Positions 26,200 to 38,409 of a DNA stretch of 64,000 bases are shown piece after piece (positions within the stretch are counted from its first letter, which is position 1; every line of letters begins with the position of its first letter). Under the pieces are notes generated by a model. It was not told the DNA's origin. It did not search any database and was given only the letters and a program-made list of their open reading frames with translations. This DNA is from Glaucostegus cemiculus. Its lineage: Eukaryota. Made by a program: the position numbers and the translations under genes. The DNA lies in contig CDPCPM010000073.1 in the NCBI GenBank assembly GCA_976551045.1, forward strand, positions 32,860,001 through 32,924,000. Direction: 5' to 3'.

Positions 26200-27180
26200 T
26201 TAGAATTAAAATGAGACAGAGGTTACAGTCTGAATGTTGAATTCATTGCTGAGTCTGGAAGGCTGTCATCATCTGGAGCTATTCCTCAAGCTTCAATGAA
26301 GCAGGACAAGAGGGCTGAAGGCAGATTGTGGAATTAAAGTGACAGGCAAATGGAACCAGAGTCATGCTTACAAAGTAAACAGTTTTCCATAAACTGGCCA
26401 CTCCATCTCTGTTTGTCTGCCCCTTGTAAAAGTGACAGCGATGTGGGCAGTGAACGTGGCATCACGGCTGTCAAACTTACCTGGTTCACTCATGTCCATC
26501 AGGGAAGGAGTTCTGCCAATTTTCCTTATATGTGGCTCCAATCCATCAATGTGGTTAACTTCAAACTGCCTCCTCAGTTCCGGGGCAATAAATGACAGAA
26601 ATATCAGCAATGTCCACACCCTTTCCATCGATTCATTTGGAATAGTTAAATTGAGACGTGTGCAAGCAAGTTGGTTTTTCAGCTAGAGAGGATTTTGGAG
26701 GCTTGGAAAATTATAATGTAGAGTTACACCCCTTGTGGTTGCACGGAAAGGGAGTGTGACCAGGTGGGCTCGTTGAGGAGTAGTAATGAAAGGGCTGGGC
26801 CTGCTGGAATGCTGAACGGTGAAGCGAGAGGAAAGATCTGTTTGCTGATAGACTAGAGGTGTTGGAAATGGCAGAGCCTGATCTCTTGTATATGAAGGCT
26901 GTTGACATGGAAAGTCCTGGGAGAGGGGGAAAGAGCAGAAGTATTGAAAATGGAATGGGTGTGATTGGGAGCCTTGTCAGTTATGGTAGAGGAGAATCCT
27001 AAGCCAAAGGCAAAGGAAGGCATAGGAGATGTAATAAAAGGTGGGATCACCTGAACAGGTATGACCAAGATAGCATACCTGAGGCAATGGAATAAAGTCC
27101 TTACAGGAGGTGGGTTGGGAGGAAATGCAGCCAAAGTAGTTGATGGAGCTAGTAGACTTAAGGTGAATACGACCCCCATT
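26200..27180 (-). mobile_element. Highly decayed Penelope-like element body (RT and GIY-YIG remnants)
   Basis: Minus strand YKGQTNR at about 26408-26428 resembles the YIGETKR motif of GIY-YIG. ORF 26853-27179 ILVIPVQVIPPFI...FHVNSLH resembles PLE RT (PLVQSLPTYI...MDVQSLY). Weak similarity, judged by eye. Confidence 0.5.
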
Positions 27181-27994
27181 TACTTTCACCCTGGACCCAT
27201 CTTTTGCTTGTTACACCCCTACCTTGACATAATGAGGCATACTTAAAAAGTCAAGCCCATGAATGGCTTTAATAAGAACAATTTAGCTTGGTCTATTTAT
27301 ATCTTTGCCTTGCAATAGATCACCAAAATCAAATGTCCTCTGAAATGAAGATGTAATAGTTGTGGAAAGGAAGAGTATGATATGGACCATGTGAAGACAA
27401 GAGAAGGGGTGAAATTGAAAGCAAAGTTATGGTAAGAGCAGCAAACAACATTGATGCAAACATCAACAACATACATTGAATCTTGGGAAGAAGGTGACTT
27501 TCTCTTTCACAGAAAGCTAACCTTTTAGTGAAGATCGTATTTCAGGGATCTTTCAGTAGATGAGAAACGGTAAGCAGGCACAAATGATATAAAAGTTTAC
27601 CATTGGCTATAAATAAACACATATCCAGTGGTGTTCTATGAACATCACATTTATGAATGATTATATTGATCTTAACTTCGCAACTGTGCTGAAAGCTTTA
27701 ATTAACAAGAGAAGTCACAAATAGAGGTCTGGCATTAATCTTATCATTTAGAAGCTTATCTCACATTTATTAAAGAACTCTCATTTGCAAGTTACCTGTT
27801 TCTTTTAAAGCACTGAATGCCCCTTCACTAAACTAGTAGAGAGAAGCATAGATCTTGTAATATGTATTCACACATTTTGAGGCCAGGGTAATTAACCTGA
27901 AATGTAATTGTTTAACTGTTTTAGACAGTAAGTTCAGATTCCATGTTCCTGTAACAGAGATTAATTTGCTGTTATTACCTCATTGCTTTGACAG

Positions 27995-28163
27995 CAATTC
28001 CACTGGCAAGGGGCTCTATGTGAAGAAATGCTGCAAAGGATTTTGCATTGATATTCTGAAGAAACTTGCAAAAGCTGTGAAATTCACATATGACCTGTAC
28101 CTGGTGTCAAACGGGAAGCATGGCAAAAAAATCAACGGTGTATGGAATGGAATGGTTGGTGAT
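27995..28163 (+). CDS. GRIN2A: GluN2A coding exon (169 nt), S1 ligand-binding segment
   Basis: Acceptor ctttgacAG, donor GTAAGT at 28164. (F)[56 protein letters not shown]; phase matches the previous exon (TT+C). Confidence 0.96.
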
Positions 28164-28276
28164 GTAAGTCACTTTAGGTAATAAATAGTGGCAAGCAGTT
28201 GCTTAACTTTAGGTTCAGAATCTGTCAGCAGACAAAAGCCATCTGCACCCCAAAGCCCACCCCCAGATACAAGTGA

Positions 28277-28630
<354 letters not shown>

Positions 28631-30036
28631 TAAACCCAAGTAAATATATATGCAATAGCGTCCATGTAATTTAAACAACTTCTTAATATAAACTGTTGTA
28701 TTTTCAGCATAGAAGTTCAACACTTGTTTCCATTGCAATGACATGAATTCATCTGCTCCACTATAAAGTTCACAAGATGTTTTGGTTGGCAAACAACTCC
28801 CTTAGATCTGTTTGTCAATGTTGTTATTCATTATGACATGGTTGAGCTGGGGTCTTCTTGTTCTACGGAGGGGTTGTAGTGGAGCCACCGTTAGCTCATC
28901 ATTGACTTCTCGTTTATGCCTTCCACAGTCTTGCTCAGATGATGCCTGGTCCTGTGACAACATCTTCCTCAGTCATCACCTTGGAAGATCTAGGTTTTGA
29001 CAGTTCTCCCTTATCTTTATTGTTTCTTGCCTGTTGTCTTGGGTAGTTCATAAACTTCACTTAGATGAGCAGGAATTCGCTTAAGTTGTCGATAAATTGA
29101 AGGAAGCATTGGATCACAACCACATCTGTCAGGCATGACATTTCCTTCACTGCCTTTAGCTTTGTTGAATCTAGTTTGGGGCCTCTCAGTGATATCCACG
29201 TGATCTACCATAGTTTTCCAAGTTGCACCTCAGCTGCCATTTTCTGCATCTGTTCATTAAAGCTCTCACCTTTCTGTTATGGTCCATGTCTGCCTCTGGT
29301 GCAGTCTGTCCTCTAGTGACAGAGCACCCCTTGGCATAGTTTTTACGGCAGCGGATTTTTCAGTTGCATGATCCAGCTTTTGACAGAGCACTTCAGGTGC
29401 AGGACTAATCCCAAAAGGCATACTCAGCCACTAATATTTCCCAAGAGGTGTACTGAAAGTTGTTAGAAACATACTCCCACTGTCAAGCTCTACATGCCAA
29501 AATCCAGTCTTGGCATTCAGCAAACCCTGCTCAAACCTGGCAGGATATCTTCCATTGAGTTAATCAGATAATGCTTCCTCTTTAGTACCTTATGCAGACC
29601 AGCCAGGTCCTCAGCTTGTCTGACTTATGCAGACACACCATAGGGCCAAAGTGTCTTCTGCTGCAATACCTCCAGCAGCTTTTCAAATTCAGGTTTCCGT
29701 TTCTTTGTGAGAGCTACAGGAACATGTCTTAGTGGATGTACTATCATCTGCTCACCCTCATGGAACTCATGATGGAACTTCCCGCCAGCTTTCCAGTCCC
29801 TTCAAACACAGCTGCAAGTTCATTCGGCAGCTGCATCCTGTTGAGTGTAGAGCTTTTGTGTGCAGCGGCCTGCTCTCTCATCGAGTTCTCTATCTATACA
29901 GTTACCTGTTCTATTTACTCGTCTTCACACACTTGACATTGCACTTCTTTTCTATTCTCTGCATATTTCACTTTCAGCTGCATTTTCCCAGTGGTATTGC
30001 AGTCATGTGGTTGTACATTCTGAGCACTTGTTTTCA

Positions 30037-30400
30037 TAGAATCATAGAATTGTAGAACAGTACAGCACAATACAGGCCCTTTGGTCCAAAATGTTGTGCC
30101 AACCTTGAAACCTCACCTAAGACTATCTAACCCCTTCCTCCCACATATCCCTCTATTTTAAATTCCTCCATATACTTATCTAGCAATTTCTTGAATTTGA
30201 CCAATGTACCTGCCTCCACCACTGCCCCAGGCAGTGCATTCCATGCCCCAACCACTCTCTGGGTAAAAAACCCTTCCTCTGATAGCTCCCTTGAACCTCC
30301 CACCCATTACTTTAAAGCCATGCCCTCTTGTCTTGAGCATTGGTGCCGTGGGAAAGAGGTGCTGGCTGTCTACTCTTATCTGTTCCTCTTAATATTTTGT
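30037..30400 (-). mobile_element. CR1 LINE 3' fragment inserted into the Gypsy protease region
   Basis: catagaatcatagaat tail, caccactctctgggtaaaaaa block. The Gypsy frame resumes on both sides (…SARKLE / KQVLRMYN…). Confidence 0.85.
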
Positions 30401-30552
30401 CTCTTCAAGTTTCCTTGCAGACTCTTTTGGAATGATGTCACATGTTACATCACTGTCTACCCAGAACTGTACATCTTTTCCTTCTACTTCCATAACAACA
30501 AGGACCTGTGTGGGGAACTTGCCCTTTTCTTCTCAATCTAGGTTCAGAATCA

Positions 30553-30830
30553 TGATGCTGGAAATTCAAAATAAAAACAGAAAATCCTGGAGGTATGTAC
30601 CAGGTCACATAGCACTGTTGGAAAGAGCAGCAGAGCTTCGGGTCAGACACCCCTTGTCAGAACTAGGAAAGAGAGATGAAAAGGTAGTTTTAAGTTGCAG
30701 AGAAAGTGGTGGAGGGATGGATAATGTATATGGAATGTCTGTGATAAGTGAAGCCAGGTTACCGTGGGAATGGATTGTCAGGATTGCTTGTTCAAATGGG
30801 TTAATGTGGGCAGTTTTGTGGGCAGCAGAA
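30553..30830 (-). mobile_element. Penelope-derived repeat nested in the Gypsy element
   Basis: gctggaaattcaaaataaaaacagaaaatcctgg head; minus strand AGTT-CTGACAA-GGGGTGTCTGACCC-GAAG at about 30664-30636. Confidence 0.6.
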
Positions 30831-31820
30831 ACAAAATGTGATGTGTTCACATTAGGAACAGAAGCACTCTGGCCTCAGCAGAGGTGTCCACTTTGTACTG
30901 AATTCTTACTGTGATTTCATCATTCTCTCTTTCTCACATGTCTCATAGGAACTTCAGTCAGCCTGTTCATTGTTCTTTGTGGCATTCTTCCCCATAAACT
31001 GGGCACTTCTCAATCTGCTATTCATGCTGTTTCCCACAGTATTTGCATACCTTATACTGTCACTGTTCTTTCTTTCTGTGCTTCAGTATGACCACATGGA
31101 CACAATTCTGTTGTCTGCTATCCAGTTCATCAACTCTGGCTTTTCTCATCTCTGGGATATGGATTTGACACTCTTTGTCATGTGTAAGCCTCAGCAGAAG
31201 GTCACTCAATCCTGCATCTCCAATTTCACTTGCAATCCTGTCGCAGATCAATGAGTCCCTCAGATCTCTGAAGTTACAGTTTGCAGCCAGCAACTTCAGT
31301 TTAGTCAAGTATGTGTCAAATGTCTTCCCATTCACCTGATATCTCCTATAAAGCTTCAATCTGTCCACCTTCTCATTGCATGGAGTGTTGCAGTATTTCC
31401 AAAGGCTTTGAGAAATTCTCCAAGCGTCTAATTGGTAGACATGATTGTTCAGTAAAGTTCTCTGACTTGGTGACCAACTAGATACACCTTCAATGCTACC
31501 TTCACTTTTGTATTCTCCATTATTATTCATTGTCAACTGGATACAGAAAGAAAATTCTGACTTCCATTGCTTCCACTCATTGAGATTACTTGCCTCAAAG
31601 TCCATTTGCCAAGGCGGCTTTATCTGCTTCGTCCTCCCACTGGTCAATGGGATACCAGTTAATGGAACAAAACTATGATAACCAAACACTATTTCAGTGA
31701 TATTTGGTCACTGGATCCCTTCCAGCAGATGTAAACAAAATCAGTCTCTTGCCCCATACAAACAGTGTTTCTCCATGTTCCAGATAAACAACATTTAAAT
31801 ACAGTTTAATGAAACCTCTA

Positions 31821-31830
31821 CCTGGTACCA
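31821..31830 (-). promoter_or_regulatory. Candidate primer-binding site of the Gypsy element (tRNA-Leu UAA-like)
   Basis: Minus strand reads ...CTACAACA|TGGTACCAGG, an LTR-type CA end followed directly by TGG, about 140 nt upstream of the gag ORF. Confidence 0.6.
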
Positions 31831-32169
31831 TGTTGTAGCTTATTTATCCTTTTAATTAAATTTTCTCTGTCACATTGTTTTTTTCTTGGTAAGTTGTGTT
31901 ATAAGATACTGTTGAGCTTGCAATATGTTTGTCATCCATCATGGCATAATATCCTGACTTCTGACCTCAAAATGCTTTAGGCTTACAATTGTTGCATTAC
32001 TCCAAGGTGGCATTAGATAGCTATACATCCCTTATGATCTCACTCCCAAGAATGAACGTCCTAGATTAGCTATTGTGATAGCAATGTTTGTGTAGAATGG
32101 GAACACTAATATGGGTCATATCACTTGAATGACTTGTTTCTGTGTTGTATATCTAATTCTGTCAGCAGC

Positions 32170-32400
32170 AACTAAAAACAGAGAATGTTGTAAATACTCA
32201 GCAGGTCAGACAGCATCTGTGGAGAGAGGAAGAGAGTTAACATTTCAGGTCAATCATCTTCCATCAGAATGAGGAAAAATTAGTTGCAGAGGAGGGGGAG
32301 AGATGGAGATGAGAATGTCTATGAAATGGTGGAGACCTAGATAATGAAAGACACAAGTGGTGTTGGTGATTGCTGGGAGAGGGGAAAGGAGCCTTCCTAA
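32170..32400 (-). mobile_element. Penelope-derived repeat
   Basis: aaatactcagcaggtcagacagcatctgtggagaga...gttaacatttcaggtcaatcatcttccatcagaa; minus strand CTGATGG-AAGATGATTGACCT-GAAA-TGTTAAC. Confidence 0.65.
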
Positions 32401-33199
32401 TTGCTGCTGATCTGTCATGAAAAAGTATAAATAGGAGATGAATGAAAATAGAAGAGAGAGAGAAAGAAAGGAAAGAGAAGGGAGAGGATAAAATAGACAT
32501 TGTTCAGCCATTACATGGGCTGCTGAATGATTGTCCCAGCTATCCAAGAGCCCTCATGAATAAAGTGATAGGATGATTTAACTGGCAAGATGCTCTGCAC
32601 TGTAAAACACGATAAAGATTTTTAGCATCGTCTTGGGACTCTTTTCCTTCCTAAAACAGCTACCAACCACCTTTAAAATGATTTTATTGTCTAATTTTTA
32701 GCATAATTTCTTCTTTCCTGCTATGACTAATATATATATATATAACAGGTTTGGGGGAGGATGTGGGCAAACAGACTGAATATTGGCAATGGGGAGTTAA
32801 TGATCATGGTCTATGTGTTAAAAGTCACAAATTTAATGAAGGTTGTCTTATCACAGATCCATGTTGGGAGTGCGTGGTCAAACCCACCTCCGATATCACA
32901 TTATTTCCATTTGCCCAGAGCAATCAGTTACAGAGAATGTGGGATTATGTGTTGTAAAAGTGATGAGCGGGTGGTTTTGTTGGCATAGCACATTCCCAGC
33001 TCTGCACCTTATCCATCATATGTAACCTGAGAGGTGATTAATGCACTTTGAAATCTAGGGCATGTTTTACATTTATGAAACCATTTTGTTTTAAGGTAGT
33101 TTTTAAATCCCACAGCTTTAGTTTGGAGAGAAAAAGGTTTGTAAAGTAATGGAAAATCAAATTAAAAATGGTTAGTAATTTATCAGTTGTGAGAGGGAC

Positions 33200-33385
33200 A
33201 CCTCTCTTAATTATACTTCAGCTTAAAGCCTAGCCTGAAGAACCCCTGAAAATGCTGTACTCCTTCAGTACAGTACTGAAATGTCAGCCTGGATTTTTGT
33301 GCTCACCTTTCTGAAGAGGGACTTGAATTCACAACCTGCTGATTAAGAAGGAAGACTGCTACCCACTATCAAAGTTGAGACTTTA
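33200..33385 (-). mobile_element. Deu-domain SINE 5' part
   Basis: cagtactgaaatgtcagcctggatttttgtgctca...gggacttgaattcacaacc is the reverse of the SINE head. Confidence 0.65.
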
Positions 33386-34160
33386 TTTGTTTGGAGTGTG
33401 ACGTGAATTCACAGTGCGGGGCACAAAATAACTTTCAAGTAAGGGTTACTGGTTTATTAATTGTTAAAAGGAGTTTTCATGTAGCAGCATTTTACTAGGA
33501 ATTATTGTTCATTTCCTAAGATTAGAGGTTGGAGGCAATGGAAGCACAAAAACATAAAAGCTGAGGCCACCTTGCTCTTCTCCCCAGGATCTTTGGGTAT
33601 ATTTATTAACTACACTGTGCTAGTAATGACCTGAAAGTATCAGGATGTAGAATTTAATCCATCATTCAATTGCTTACCAATGTAGATTCACCCAGAAATC
33701 AGAGCCTAAAGAGTAGAAAAATCAGAAACTATGGCAACTTCTCCTGATAAATACAGGGTAATTGCTCCAGTAAGATACATTGAATGGGGTATAGTTACAT
33801 AAAATCTCATGCACTGAATCAGCGGCAATCATTTACAGCAGTCTGATCATGGAGCTTAATTGACAGGGAAATTACCCAATCATCTCCACTCTAATTGGCT
33901 TTAGTGTTGTCATTGTATGTAGCTTTGTGCAAATGAGGACACTTATATGAGAACAGAGGAAAATAAGTTTAGTTTGTATGAATTATTCAGAATAGTTTGT
34001 TGCCTATAATCTATCCCAAACTGGTAAGTCAGTATTTTTTCAATGGGATGCTGTCATTGAAATTTTCTGTATAATTCTCCCCTTCTAATATTGTTGGACC
34101 TGTCTTTATGGGTAATGGATAATGTATTGAACAACTGTTTTTTGTCCTTCTTCCTTCCAG

Positions 34161-34286
34161 AACCCTTCAGTGCAGCTGTGTGGGTCATGATGTTCGTAAC
34201 ACTCCTTATCGTATCTGCCATAGCAGTGTTTGCCTTTGAGTACTTTAGCCCAGTTGGGTACAACAGAAATTTAGCAAAAGGAAGAG
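34161..34286 (+). CDS. GRIN2A: GluN2A coding exon (126 nt), M1 helix
   Basis: Acceptor ttccttccAG, donor GTAAAT at 34287. (E)[41 protein letters not shown]. Confidence 0.97.
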
Positions 34287-34574
34287 GTAAATGTTTAGTC
34301 CTGCTTGGACTTTTTTTTTCTCTGCAGAATTTGAACAAATGTAGACATTCCTTTGTCTCACTATATATTAGGCTATATTGCATGTTACATGTTCAGTGTT
34401 GATGCATACATTTTTGGGTGGTGTTGGAAGGTGGTGACAATGATCCATCCTTAGCAGAGGACTTGGGTTGGGTAATGAAGGTGATAGTGATAAAGACATG
34501 AGGTTTGTCTTTTACTACACAGGTTTAGGTGTGTTTTTTGTTTCAATAATATAAAATCATTCAGTTCAGCAATC

Positions 34575-35000
34575 ATTACAGCATAGAAAGAAGCAATCTG
34601 GCCTATTAACTCTGTAGTGGAGTAGTCCAGTCAATCCCATTTTCTTGCTCTGTCCATTTAGGGTTTCAAATGTTATACCTCCAGATATTTCCATTTTGAA
34701 AGTTACAATTTAATCTCTATCCACCACACTTTCAGGGAGTGCATTGCAGATCATATCTGTTTGCTGCACAAAAAGTTATTACCCACAGTACTGGATTGTC
34801 AGTGACTTTAAATTTGTCAGTGACTTTAAATCTGTATTGTTTGGTCTTTGACTTCTCTATTTTCTTCTATTTACCTTATCTAAATTCATCATGATTTTGT
34901 ACACCTCTATCATATCTCCTCTCAACCTTCTCTTCTCCAAGGAGAACCATTCTTTTGTATGTTCTTGTAACTGAAATCATTCATCCCTGGTGCCAGACTA
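34575..35000 (-). mobile_element. CR1 LINE 3' fragment containing an 18-bp tandem duplication (34796-34831)
   Basis: attttgtacacctctatcatatctcctctcaaccttctcttctccaaggagaac block; ttgtcagtgactttaaat x2. Confidence 0.75.
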
Positions 35001-35054
35001 CTAAAAATGTTCTGTAATATGAACCAAACAACCTTAAGCAGCCTATGTGATGTA

Positions 35055-35460
35055 GCAACCATGGCTTAGTTGGTAGCCCTCTCACCTCTGAATAAGGATT
35101 CAAACCTTTCTCCAGAAATTTGAGCACCAAACCTTGGCTGGTACTCCAGTGCCAGTGTCAAAGAGGTCCCAAGAGTCGGAAGTGTCCGTCTATTCAATGT
35201 AATGTTAAACTTTGTCACCGTTAGATGTGAAAGATCCCTTGTCAGTAATTTGAAAAAAGAATAGAGGAATTCTGCCTGGGACTTTGTTAATTATGCTATA
35301 TCTAAATTTTATTTTAACTGAAACAGATTATCCACTGTCTATGAGAACTTCAAAGTAGCCATTGCCTTTCTAACAATACAGTAGTGGCTACACTTCAAAC
35401 ATATGTGATTGGCTGTAAGGTACTTTGCAATATTTCTGAGGTGTAAATGGACCAAAATTT
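35055..35460 (+). mobile_element. Deu-domain SINE (SacSINE1-like), near full length, with Pol III boxes
   Basis: A-box TGGCTTAGTTGG at 35062-35073, B-box-like gattcaaacc at about 35097, aaagatccc central block, ctacacttcaaa...attggctgtaagg tail. Confidence 0.78.
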
Positions 35461-36824
35461 TCCTTACTTGATTAAAGTGAAGGAAAGCTTTTGTGTGAGG
35501 TGCTGGGACACTGAAACTGATTTATTTATTTTGTCAGTACTGCTGAAAATGTTATTAAAACATAGCAAAGGCTGTGACTTCCAAATCTCAAATGGTGTGT
35601 CTTTTTCAGGGGCTGTCAAGCATTATTCTGAATCATTTGTTACAATATACCAAAGTCAAATTGGCCCCATGTTGTCTTATACCTCAAGCTGCCATCTGGC
35701 TTAGTTATAAAATATGTATACTTCAGCAAAAAATATCTTGTTAAAGGCACTAGCTCTGCTCCAGAAAGAAACACTCTTATAAGGATTAGCTGTTGCTGAA
35801 ATAAAAAGACAAATTTCTTTAAAATGGTGGAATGTTATATCATCCAAAGTATTGGACCTCTTATTGAAAATCTGGATACAAAGAAAATCTTTTGTTGCTT
35901 ATAGATTGTACTTTTCTTGTGAGATTCCTGTCAGCAGCATGTTACATTTTTAAATCTATGTGAAACTTCAAGCGTAAAATTTTCATTCTTTCACCATTTT
36001 TTTATAAAATAGAAACACCACTGCTTCGCAAACTCAAAGCAGATCCTTGATCTTCCCGCAGTCAATGTGAGCTTAAGTAGATTTAATTGTCTGAATATAA
36101 GACCATGTGTGCCAAAGTGCACTTCAAAAAAAAAGTTGTGCATTTATATAGCAGCTTCCATACTTTAGAGCTTCCCAAAATGCTTTGCAGCCAAAAGACT
36201 TCAATGCTACTTCCTGCCTGATTTTTTTTCTCTCTGTGCTTCTTTCAAGAGTGGGTAGTAATAAGAGACTGAAGAGAGTTTCAGTAGAAGGAAGGGTGTA
36301 GATGATACCGGAGAGAAGTCTGCTGATAGAAGCAAGGGAGAACTGATTGTGGCAGGCAATAAGGGAGTGCTGCCTTGTCAGTGCACAAAAGGCATTTCTT
36401 CCAAGATGTGAAAGCATTAGGAGAAAATATACTTCCTAATCTTTAGTAGAGATTAGAGTGAAACCAGAGTTCTTTTTGCCAGTTGTAGTTGCCTACATAG
36501 GTTGAAAAAGCTACATTCCAGTTTGAGGCTTTGTTTGTTATCATGAAGATTTTTAAATTCATTCGTGCATTTATTGTCCAATGCTGTTTGCTCTTGAGAA
36601 AGGGTCAGTGAACTGCCTTTTTGAACCATCACAATTTACTGAGTGAAGTGGCTCCCACAATGCATTGGGGTTGGGAGTTCCAGGATTTTGACCCATCTAT
36701 GGCAGAGGAAGAGAAGTATGTAGATTGAGCCAATCTTTTCTGCTTTTCTTTACTACTTTCCTCCAGCTGTTTCCTTCTTTCTATTTTTAAGTTTTATGAG
36801 TCTTCTGCACTTTAAAGGTTATCT

Positions 36825-36945
36825 TCAGTTCCAATGTAGGGTTCCAGACCTAAAGCATTTACTGCTTCTCTTTCTACAGATGCTGTCTGACCTCCTGAGT
36901 TTTTCTGGCACCTTCTGTTTTTATTTCAGATTTTCAGCACCTGTC
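36825..36945 (+). mobile_element. Penelope-derived repeat with decayed hammerhead core
   Basis: cagttccaatgtagggttccagacctaaagc...cagatgctgtctgacctcctgagttttctggca...ttttatttcagattttcagca. Confidence 0.6.
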
Positions 36946-37487
36946 CTTGTTTTTATCTTCATTTCCATGCTGTTCAGCTTTCATTTATGTAGCGTTTTTG
37001 TCTGAATTAGATACCCTGTCATTTCACTGCCAGTGATTTATCTTTGTTATTGAGGCAAATCTAATGCTGATTTCCACCTTGAAGCATTTGGAAATTTGTC
37101 TATTTTAACACTGAGAAAACAAAGAAGTGTTTCTCCCAGCCATTAATCACTGACACTGACCAAATATGGTTGTCTCAAAATTCAGGTTATATACTTATCA
37201 AGAAACTGTTATGGATTGCAGTGAAAACTTGGTTTGATAATACTTCCACTCAAAATAATAACATAATAATGATGATTTACAAGATTAAAATAGTGAGGAA
37301 AAGGTGCTCCCTGTGGAGAATCCAATATATCTCTCCGTGACTGTACATCAGTATAGAGCCATCCTCTAAATGTAATGATGGAGGATTCTAGGAGTACCAT
37401 CTGAGGAAACATATTGGAGCCAATGTTATTCAGAATCTCTGGTGAAAGGCTGCTTCATTCAAGAAACTAGGTGTTTGGATCGATTAA

Positions 37488-37793
<306 letters not shown>

Positions 37794-37817
37794 TAATAAC
37801 AGCTAATTTGTTTCGTA

Positions 37818-38240
37818 ATACACGGAAAATGCTGGAGGAACTCAGCAGGTCAGGCAGCATCTATGGAGGGAAATAAACTGTTGACGTTTTGGGTCGAGAC
37901 CCATTGGTTTAGTAATTGGTTTGGCTTATTATTGTTATCACATGTACCAAGATATAGTGAATAGCTTTTGTTTGTATGCCATCTGGACAGATCATTTCAT
38001 ACATAAGTACATTGAACTTGTGCATAACTACATTTCAGAATAATTTGATTGACTCTAAAGTGCATTGTGATATTTCTGAGCTCGTGAAAGGTGCAAATTT
38101 TTTCCTTGGAGGCACAAGGGACTGTAAATGCTGGAATCTGGAGCAACAAACAATCTGCTGGAGGAACTCAGCGGGTCAAGCAGCATCTGCGGGGGGAAGA
38201 TATTGTCAACATTTTGGGTCAAAACCCTCCATCAGGACTA
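37818..38240 (-). mobile_element. Repeat cluster right after the pore exon: two Penelope-derived repeats (37818-37902, 38110-38240), a Rex1-like tail and a SINE tail
   Basis: tgctggaggaactcagc[a/g]ggtca[g/a]gcagcatct occurs twice. Hairpins GGGTC-TC-GACCC and GGGTT-TT-GACCC on the minus strand. ttattgttatcacatgtaccaagatatagtgaa tail at about 37925-38010. Confidence 0.7.
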
Positions 38241-38409
38241 AATTTTTCCTTATTTGTTTAAAGAGAAGGCAACCTCTTGTCTTAAGGGATTGTAACACTG
38301 AAAGTTATATATTTTGCCAGTACTGATGAAAACCTTATCAAAATATAGTATAACCTGTAACTTCCAAATGGTATTTTTCATCCATTATTCTGAAACCCTC
38401 TACTGAAAG

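Larger units (their letters stand above)
28700..31830 (-). mobile_element. Internally deleted Ty3/Gypsy retrotransposon (gag-protease-RT-integrase) with nested CR1 and Penelope-type insertions
   Basis: Gag ORF 31060-31689 (WKQWK...FDTYLTKLKLLAANCNFRDLRDSLICDRI). Protease-like FWVDSDVTCDIIP at about 30428-30466. RT LNAKTGFWHVELDSGSMFLTTFSTPLGKY*WLSMPFGISPAPEV at about 29390-29520. Integrase-like DLRELFA at about 28788-28808. The domain order is Gypsy-type. Confidence 0.88.

Noticed and set aside
35055-35110. tRNA gene
   Set aside because: The A/B boxes belong to a SINE head; there is no cloverleaf and the sequence continues into the SINE body.
36931-36950. REST/NRSE half-site TTCAGCACC
   Set aside because: It lies inside a Penelope-derived repeat and lacks the GGACAG right half in the proper orientation.
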